From Pelagibacterales bacterium SAG-MED11 (GTDB lineage: Bacteria; Pseudomonadota; Alphaproteobacteria; Pelagibacterales; Pelagibacteraceae), in the NCBI GenBank assembly GCA_014654265.1, contig JACWDI010000004.1:2312-66311 (forward strand): a DNA stretch of 64,000 bases. Reading direction: 5' to 3'. The notes beneath the pieces were generated by a model, which was not told the origin of the DNA, did not search any database, and worked only from the letters and a program-made list of their open reading frames with translations. Both the position numbers and the translations under genes were made by a program. Positions 58,365-64,000 of the stretch are shown one piece after another (position 1 is the stretch's first letter; the number at the start of each line of letters is the position of its first letter).

Positions 58365-58396
58365 TTACTTCCCTCTCAATAAAGAGAAGGAAGTAA
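58365..58396. terminator. 13-bp stem hairpin between convergent genes (possible terminator)
   Basis: TTACTTCCCTCTC-aataaa-GAGAAGGAAGTAA with one mismatch, 20 nt after the stop of the Lys-rich gene. There is no clean T-tract. Confidence 0.4.
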
Positions 58397-58529
58397 TTAG
58401 TTAATTAACAAAATTTAATTTCTAGGAAGAAAATAATGAGACTTAGTATTTTAAATTTTGTTAAGACTTTTATAGATAAACTAAGTTACAAAATTATTTA
58501 CTTATTGTTAAAGTTTAATTAACTTAAAT

Positions 58530-60041
58530 TTATTTTGAATTATTAGAATAAATTACTCTTGGTTCTAAAAATAATTCTCTAGCAAGAGCTTTAAATCTTT
58601 TGGTAACTTGTTTTGAGATTATTTCTTGATGTGGTGATGGAATTTTTAAAAATACAGCATTACCTCTTTTATACAATTTAAACTCTTCAAGAAATATCGT
58701 AGATATCGAGGTCAATGATTGTGAAAATCTCAATGCTGCTCCCACTTGTTTACTTGAAAAAATTTCATTATTATTCAAAAAAGTTAGATACTCTATCTTT
58801 GGATTATACTTGATACTACAGTACCGCCAATAGCATGACAAAGCTAATTGTATTCTTTCTTTATGAGTCAATCTGAGTAACGGAGTATTTATAGTTTCTT
58901 GAAATACCAATTCAGCCTTTTGAAATGCTCCCAATCCCCAATCCATATGACTTAATACACATGCCAGATATAATAATTTCTTATTAAAGTGCTCATTACC
59001 TTCAAAAACTGGCTGAATAAAATCATAATATTTTTTATAATTTGATCCTAGATCACCTCTTTTTTGCGCAACCTTCTCAAGTGCTTTGTAAAAGATTTCA
59101 GATTCTTTTACATCTTTAAAATATTCAATCGATAAAGATCCTTCACGCAAACCACTTATAGAACAAATAATTTTTTTTGGATTTGAAAGTTTCATAATTT
59201 CATCAAGTATAATACAGCTATAAGGCAAATATGATGTTCTAGATTTTGAAATATACTCAACTGTTTTAAGTTTGGATTTATTAAAAGAAGAAATTTTTTC
59301 AACAAACTTAGATAAAACGTTATTATCAATACTATATTGATGAATTATATGTACTGGATGATTATTTTGAAAAAGATGTAACTTAAATAATGCTCGCCAA
59401 GTACCTCCAACTAAATATAGATTATTAAACTTCTTTTTTGAGAGCCATTTTTCATCTCTTAATAATTTTTTAATATATTTTGCTAAATTTCTTTTTTTAA
59501 CTATTGGATTATTCATTAATCTTAAAAGACCGACGGGTAATGAGGTCTTATTTGTTACTATATTATTTTCAACTCGGGCTAACTCCAAACTACCACCACC
59601 CAGATCGGCAACTAATCCATCAACATTTTCAAAACCTATTTTTACTCCCTCAGCTGAGCATGTAGCTTCTTCTTCACCTGATAATATATTAATCTTAGTT
59701 TTAAAAAGTTTTTCAACTTCATCAATAAAAGGTTTTGTATCAGTTGCTTCTCTTATAACTGCTGTTGCAATAATCTTTAGATTTGTGATTTTTGAAACAT
59801 TTAAAATTTCAGAAAATCTTTTTAAAACTTTTAAAGCATATTCGGTACCAGATCTGTGAAGTTTTTTGGATTTATCTAAATTTTTTCCAAGTTCACAAAC
59901 TGCTTTTTCATTAAAAAAAGGCACACGAGAAGAACTGAAATCTTCATAAATTAGCATTCTTATAGAGTTTGATCCAATGTCTATTATAGCTAATTTTGCC
60001 TGTTTTAATTTTAAACTATTTTTACTTTTAATTACTTCCAC
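58530..60041 (-). CDS. ppx: exopolyphosphatase (Ppx/GppA family)
   Basis: 503 aa. N-terminal ASKHA motif AIIDIGSNSIRML, and DLGGGSLEL. Overlaps ppk by 14 nt. Confidence 0.85.
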   Translation of the reverse strand: MEVIKSKNSLKLKQAKLAIIDIGSNSIRMLIYEDFSSSRVPFFNEKAVCELGKNLDKSKKLHRSGTEYALKVLKRFSEILNVSKITNLKIIATAVIREATDTKPFIDEVEKLFKTKINILSGEEEATCSAEGVKIGFENVDGLVADLGGGSLELARVENNIVTNKTSLPVGLLRLMNNPIVKKRNLAKYIKKLLRDEKWLSKKKFNNLYLVGGTWRALFKLHLFQNNHPVHIIHQYSIDNNVLSKFVEKISSFNKSKLKTVEYISKSRTSYLPYSCIILDEIMKLSNPKKIICSISGLREGSLSIEYFKDVKESEIFYKALEKVAQKRGDLGSNYKKYYDFIQPVFEGNEHFNKKLLYLACVLSHMDWGLGAFQKAELVFQETINTPLLRLTHKERIQLALSCYWRYCSIKYNPKIEYLTFLNNNEIFSSKQVGAALRFSQSLTSISTIFLEEFKLYKRGNAVFLKIPSPHQEIISKQVTKRFKALARELFLEPRVIYSNNSK

Positions 60042-62184
60042 TTTTAATCAATCTTAAGTGCAGTTGTTTAGGCTGCATTTTTAATTTAGCTTTACCCCTT
60101 CCAGATAAGCTCGGGTTATTCATAAAGTATTCATGAGCTGAAAAGGAATCGCTCTTACTATATTTAATTTTTTTGTAATTACCATCAGCATTGAGCTCCC
60201 AGCTCTGATTAGTATCAAGATAATTTGCTAACATTATTTGATCTAAAATCTGTTCATGAACAGTCTCATTTTCAATTGGGACTAGAAGTTCTACTCTTCG
60301 ATTTAAATTTCTCGGCATTAAATCAGCTGACGAAATATATACTTTTGCATTTCTATTAGGCATTTTTTTAGTACCGTTACTAAAACAATAAATTCTAGAA
60401 TGCTCTAAAAATCTTCCTATGATACTTTTTACAACTATATTTTCTGATCTATTTTTAACTCCTGGTCTTAAACAACAAACACCCCTTACAAATAAATGAA
60501 TTTTTACACCAGCATTTGAAGCCTCATAAAATTTATCAATAATTTCTGGATCTACTAAAGAGTTCATTTTTGCCCAAATAGCTGCAAATTTCCCATTTTT
60601 AGAATTTCTAATTTCAGCATCAATATTTTCATTTAAAGTTTGCCTCATATTTACTGGCGAAATAGAAATTTTATTAAGATTTTTTGGTTTTGCGTAACCG
60701 GTTACATAATTAAAAAATTTCTCAACATCAGAGGCCATCCTTTTATCACAACTAAATAAAGATAAATCAGTATAAATTTTAGCATTTACAGGATGATAAT
60801 TGCCAGTTCCTAAATGAAAATAAGTTTGTATTTTTCCTTGTTCTCTTCTTAAAACTAATGATGATTTTGCATGGGTTTTATATTTGGCAAAACCATAAAC
60901 AATTTGGACACCTACTTTTTCTAAACTTCTTGATAGTTGAATATTAGCTTCCTCATCAAATCTAGCTTTAATTTCAATTAAAGCGGTAACTGTTTTTCCG
61001 TTTTCTGCAGCTGTTATTAAAGCTTTAACAATTGGTGAGTCTAGAGTTGTTCTATATAAAGTTTGTTTAATAGCTATAACTTTTTTATCATTTGCTGCTT
61101 GGTTTAGAAATTCAATTACTGAGTCAAATGTTTCAAAAGGATGATGAACAACTAAATCTTTCTTTTTAATAGTTTCAAAAAAATTATCATTATATTCTTT
61201 TAATCTTTCAACTTCTCTAGGCGTAAAATGCTTAAATCTTAATTTTGGATTTTTTACTTTACATATTTGATCTATGTCTTGAATTCCAACAAGGCCATAT
61301 ACATCATAAATATAGTCAGGATTTATGTCTAATTTATTAGTTATAAATCTTACCAATTCGTTATCACTATTTTCAAGAACCTCTAAACGAACAATATCAC
61401 CCGTTCTACGTCTTTTTAAAGCCAATTCAAAAGATCTAACTAAATCTTCTGCTTCCTCTTGAATCTCTACATCGCTGTCTCTTATTACTCTAAAAATCAT
61501 TTTCTTTTCTAAATCATGATCTGGAAAAATTTCATTAGCAAAAAAACTTATTATGTCATCTAGAATAACAAACTTCTTATGATTTTTAGAAGACTCTATT
61601 TCAATAAATCTAGATAATGCTTTTGGTATTACAATTATTGAGTTTAAAATCCTTTTTTTATTTTTTTTTCTTAACTTCATTACAATTGCTCTTCCTTGAT
61701 TGATTATAAATGGAAATGGGTGTGCAGGATCAATTGCCGATGGTGTTAATAAAGGGTAAATCTCTTCTTTAAATATTTCTAGAAGTTTTTTTTTATCCTT
61801 AGCATTTAAATTTACTGGCTTAACTAAACTGATATTATTTTTTTTTAATTCCATAATCAGTTGAATAAAAATTTTGTTCTGTTTTTTTAATAAATTCTTA
61901 GTTTCAAGTACTACCTCATCCATTTGTTCTTCAGGTGTCAAACCATCAGAACTTAATGAGTCAACTTCTTGTTTTATTTGGCTATATAATCCTGCAACAC
62001 GGACCATAAAAAATTCATCTAGATTAGACCCAGCAATTGATAAAAACTTTACTCTTTCATAAAGAGGATTTTCGATATTTTGCGCCTCTAAAAGTACTCT
62101 GTCGTTGAATTTTAACCAAGAAAGCTCTCTATTTATATATTTAGATTTCAGCTCTTCTTTATGTTGTTTTTTTAAAGCAGTCAT
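60028..62184 (-). CDS. ppk: polyphosphate kinase 1
   Basis: 718 aa. YINRELSWLKFNDRVL N-terminus, RDSD, the autophosphorylated His region YKTHAKSSLV, and two PLD-like C-domains (GRFLEHSRIY). Confidence 0.95.
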   Translation of the reverse strand: MTALKKQHKEELKSKYINRELSWLKFNDRVLLEAQNIENPLYERVKFLSIAGSNLDEFFMVRVAGLYSQIKQEVDSLSSDGLTPEEQMDEVVLETKNLLKKQNKIFIQLIMELKKNNISLVKPVNLNAKDKKKLLEIFKEEIYPLLTPSAIDPAHPFPFIINQGRAIVMKLRKKNKKRILNSIIVIPKALSRFIEIESSKNHKKFVILDDIISFFANEIFPDHDLEKKMIFRVIRDSDVEIQEEAEDLVRSFELALKRRRTGDIVRLEVLENSDNELVRFITNKLDINPDYIYDVYGLVGIQDIDQICKVKNPKLRFKHFTPREVERLKEYNDNFFETIKKKDLVVHHPFETFDSVIEFLNQAANDKKVIAIKQTLYRTTLDSPIVKALITAAENGKTVTALIEIKARFDEEANIQLSRSLEKVGVQIVYGFAKYKTHAKSSLVLRREQGKIQTYFHLGTGNYHPVNAKIYTDLSLFSCDKRMASDVEKFFNYVTGYAKPKNLNKISISPVNMRQTLNENIDAEIRNSKNGKFAAIWAKMNSLVDPEIIDKFYEASNAGVKIHLFVRGVCCLRPGVKNRSENIVVKSIIGRFLEHSRIYCFSNGTKKMPNRNAKVYISSADLMPRNLNRRVELLVPIENETVHEQILDQIMLANYLDTNQSWELNADGNYKKIKYSKSDSFSAHEYFMNNPSLSGRGKAKLKMQPKQLHLRLIKSGSN

Positions 62185-62197
62185 ATATTTAGATTTT

Positions 62198-62722
62198 ATG
62201 TATCAATTATACGTCATGAGACACGCAAAATCTAGTTGGGATGATTTAAGTATTAATGATTTTGATAGACCACTTAGTAAAAGAGGCAAGAAAAATGCAA
62301 AAATGATTTGTGAATTTTTTGTTAAAAAAAAATTTAAATTTGATTATGCATTAATTTCATCATCAAAAAGAACAAAAAAAACTTTTCAAATTTTATCCAA
62401 GAAAATTAATAAACCAAAAAAAGTTAATTTTTCAAAAGATTTATATTTAGTTGATGAGAATGCAATTATAAAAAAAATTAAAGAAATATCCAGTGAACAT
62501 AAATCAATTTTGATTATAAACCATGAACCATCAGTGAAAAATTTAGTACGAAATCTTACAAAAAATCATAATACGAATAATTTTAAACTAATGAATTATA
62601 AATTCCCAACAGCAGCATTTGCAAAAATTGAGTTGGATATTAAATCCTGGAATGAAGTTGAGAAAAAAGGAGTATTAAAAGAATTTATAAGGCCCAAAGA
62701 TCTTCAAGATTCTAAAGAATAA
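62198..62722 (+). CDS. sixA: SixA-like histidine phosphatase
   Basis: 174 aa from MYQLYVMRHAKSSW (RHA catalytic motif) ...RPLSKRGKKNA...SSSKRTKKT. The longer track ORF (from 62105) overlaps ppk and is rejected. Confidence 0.7.
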   Translation: MYQLYVMRHAKSSWDDLSINDFDRPLSKRGKKNAKMICEFFVKKKFKFDYALISSSKRTKKTFQILSKKINKPKKVNFSKDLYLVDENAIIKKIKEISSEHKSILIINHEPSVKNLVRNLTKNHNTNNFKLMNYKFPTAAFAKIELDIKSWNEVEKKGVLKEFIRPKDLQDSKE

Positions 62723-63387
62723 CCAGCTGATCTCACTGTTCTAATTAAAGGTTTTGTATTTTGTATGTTAATTGCTTGTCTTAATCTTCTAATATGAACA
62801 TCTACTGTTCTAGACTCAACATATATATCTTCCCCCCAAACATTATTTAGAAGTTGTTCTCTTGAATAAACTCTTTTTGGATTTTTGATAAAAAAATCTA
62901 ATAGTTTAAATTCAGTTGGACCTAAAGTAATTTCTTTATCTTTTCTATAAACTCTTTTTGTAATCCGATCTATTTTTAAATCAGTAAATTCTACAATGTC
63001 TGATGATGATTGAGGCTTAGATCTTCTCAATAAAGATTTAATTCTAGCATTTAATTCTTTTTGACTAAAAGGTTTAGTTACATAATCATCTGCACCAGTA
63101 TCAAATGCTTTTAATTTGTCTTCTTCCTCCCCTTTTGCAGTTAACATAATGACAGGAATATCATTAAACTTATTATCTTTTTTTAAGTTTTTACAAATTT
63201 CAACACCAGATAATTCAGGTAACATCCAATCCATTAATATCAAATCTGGCTGTTTTGATTTTATTTGTTTAAGAGCATCTTCTCCATTTTCTGAATGACT
63301 GACTTTATAACCTTCTTTTTCAAGATTGTACTTTAACAAACTAATAATTGATGCTTCATCTTCAGCTATAAAAACATGAGCTGACAT
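62704..63387 (-). CDS. phoB: phosphate regulon response regulator PhoB (OmpR family)
   Basis: 227 aa. Receiver domain (DLILMDWMLPELSG, MLTAKGEEED) and winged-helix output (LGPTEFKLL...VDVHIRRLR). Sits directly downstream of phoU. Confidence 0.9.
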   Translation of the reverse strand: MSAHVFIAEDEASIISLLKYNLEKEGYKVSHSENGEDALKQIKSKQPDLILMDWMLPELSGVEICKNLKKDNKFNDIPVIMLTAKGEEEDKLKAFDTGADDYVTKPFSQKELNARIKSLLRRSKPQSSSDIVEFTDLKIDRITKRVYRKDKEITLGPTEFKLLDFFIKNPKRVYSREQLLNNVWGEDIYVESRTVDVHIRRLRQAINIQNTKPLIRTVRSAGYSLES

Positions 63388-63390
63388 AAA

Positions 63391-64000
63391 TCATTTTTCT
63401 CCAGTTACAATTGGCTCAGTGCCCTTAGGTCTGTCACCTTCTAAATATTCACCTTTAACTAAATAAAAAATTTGTTCTGCAACATTCGTAGTATGATCAC
63501 CAATACGCTCAATATTTTTGGTTACAAACAACAAGTGAGTTCCATCCTCTAAATTTTTTTCATTTTCTTTAAGATATTTTATAACTTCTTGCATACAAAG
63601 ATTTGTTAAATCATCTATTTGCTCATCACCTTCCCAAACATTTACTGCCATTGGCGCAGATCTTTCTAGATAAGCGTCTAATGTTGATTTTAATTGTTTT
63701 TGAACACTGGTAGATACTCTATTTAATGAATCTACCAAGTTCTTTGGAAGATGTTCATTAAGTAAAAGTGTTCTCTTGGATATATTTTTTGCTAAATCAC
63801 CTATTCTTTCTAAATCTGAAGACATTTTCAAAGCTGTTACTGTCTCTCTTAAATCAATTGCCATAGGTTGTCTCAAAGCAATTAAATTTACAACTTGTTG
63901 TTCAATCAAAGTTTCATATTTATCTATTTTTTCATCGTCATTAATTACTGCTTCCGCAAAATCGCTATTTCTTGTAGTAATGGCTTGAATTGCTTTGCCC
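63391..64000 (-). CDS. phoU: phosphate signalling protein PhoU (5' end beyond the window)
   Basis: The frame stays open to the window edge, reading ...AITTRNSDFAEAVINDDEKIDKYETLIEQQVVNLIALRQPMAIDLR. It has two PhoU repeats (DLERIGDLAKNI and NIERIGDHTTNV). The track's M at 63909 is a TTG inside the gene. Confidence 0.85.
   Translation of the reverse strand, partial: GKAIQAITTRNSDFAEAVINDDEKIDKYETLIEQQVVNLIALRQPMAIDLRETVTALKMSSDLERIGDLAKNISKRTLLLNEHLPKNLVDSLNRVSTSVQKQLKSTLDAYLERSAPMAVNVWEGDEQIDDLTNLCMQEVIKYLKENEKNLEDGTHLLFVTKNIERIGDHTTNVAEQIFYLVKGEYLEGDRPKGTEPIVTGEK

Noticed and set aside
62105-62197. Long N-terminal extension of the SixA-like ORF, and similarly 50839-50868 for xth
   Set aside because: The extensions overlap the neighbouring gene (ppk, erpA) and encode non-conserved sequence. 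The conserved family N-termini begin at the internal Met residues.

Overview
The window is very AT-rich (about 70% A+T by eye) and extremely compact. Most genes abut or overlap by 1-20 nt. Gene content and order are typically alphaproteobacterial: ctaA, an NDUFS4-like gene, sdhE, tatABC-serS, yajC-secDF, scpAB-nagZ-argS and ppk-ppx-phoBU. Together with the compaction and a SAM-II/V-like leader on metY, this suggests a streamlined marine SAR11/Pelagibacterales-like chromosome (inference only). I call about 75 CDS and four tRNAs (Glu-UUC, Pro-UGG, Ser-UGA, Lys-UUU), and found no rRNA, CRISPR array or IS element. About 90% of the window is ordinary housekeeping. Five places deserve a second look. 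(1) The only accessory-looking segment is 8.1-13.5 kb. It holds a 440-bp non-coding gap, a stand-alone MGMT domain with a 58-aa membrane ORF, and a Cre-like tyrosine recombinase preceded by a perfect 10-7-10 lox-like inverted repeat embedded in its promoter. It also holds two glycosyltransferase genes (one a 701-aa fusion) and a GIY-YIG mini-nuclease, and ends at the 3' end of tRNA-Glu. (2) Two tRNA genes are followed after only 4-5 nt by the ATG of a protein gene. (3) A divergent pair combines a circularly permuted ATP-grasp gene with an Anbu-type proteasome homologue, without the usual alpha-E and transglutaminase partners. (4) A Fur/Zur-like repressor has a 24-bp near-perfect palindrome and two uncharacterised small membrane proteins. 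(5) An arsC-aquaporin module has no arsR or arsB. All product calls rest on my reading of motifs in the supplied translations. No database search was run.
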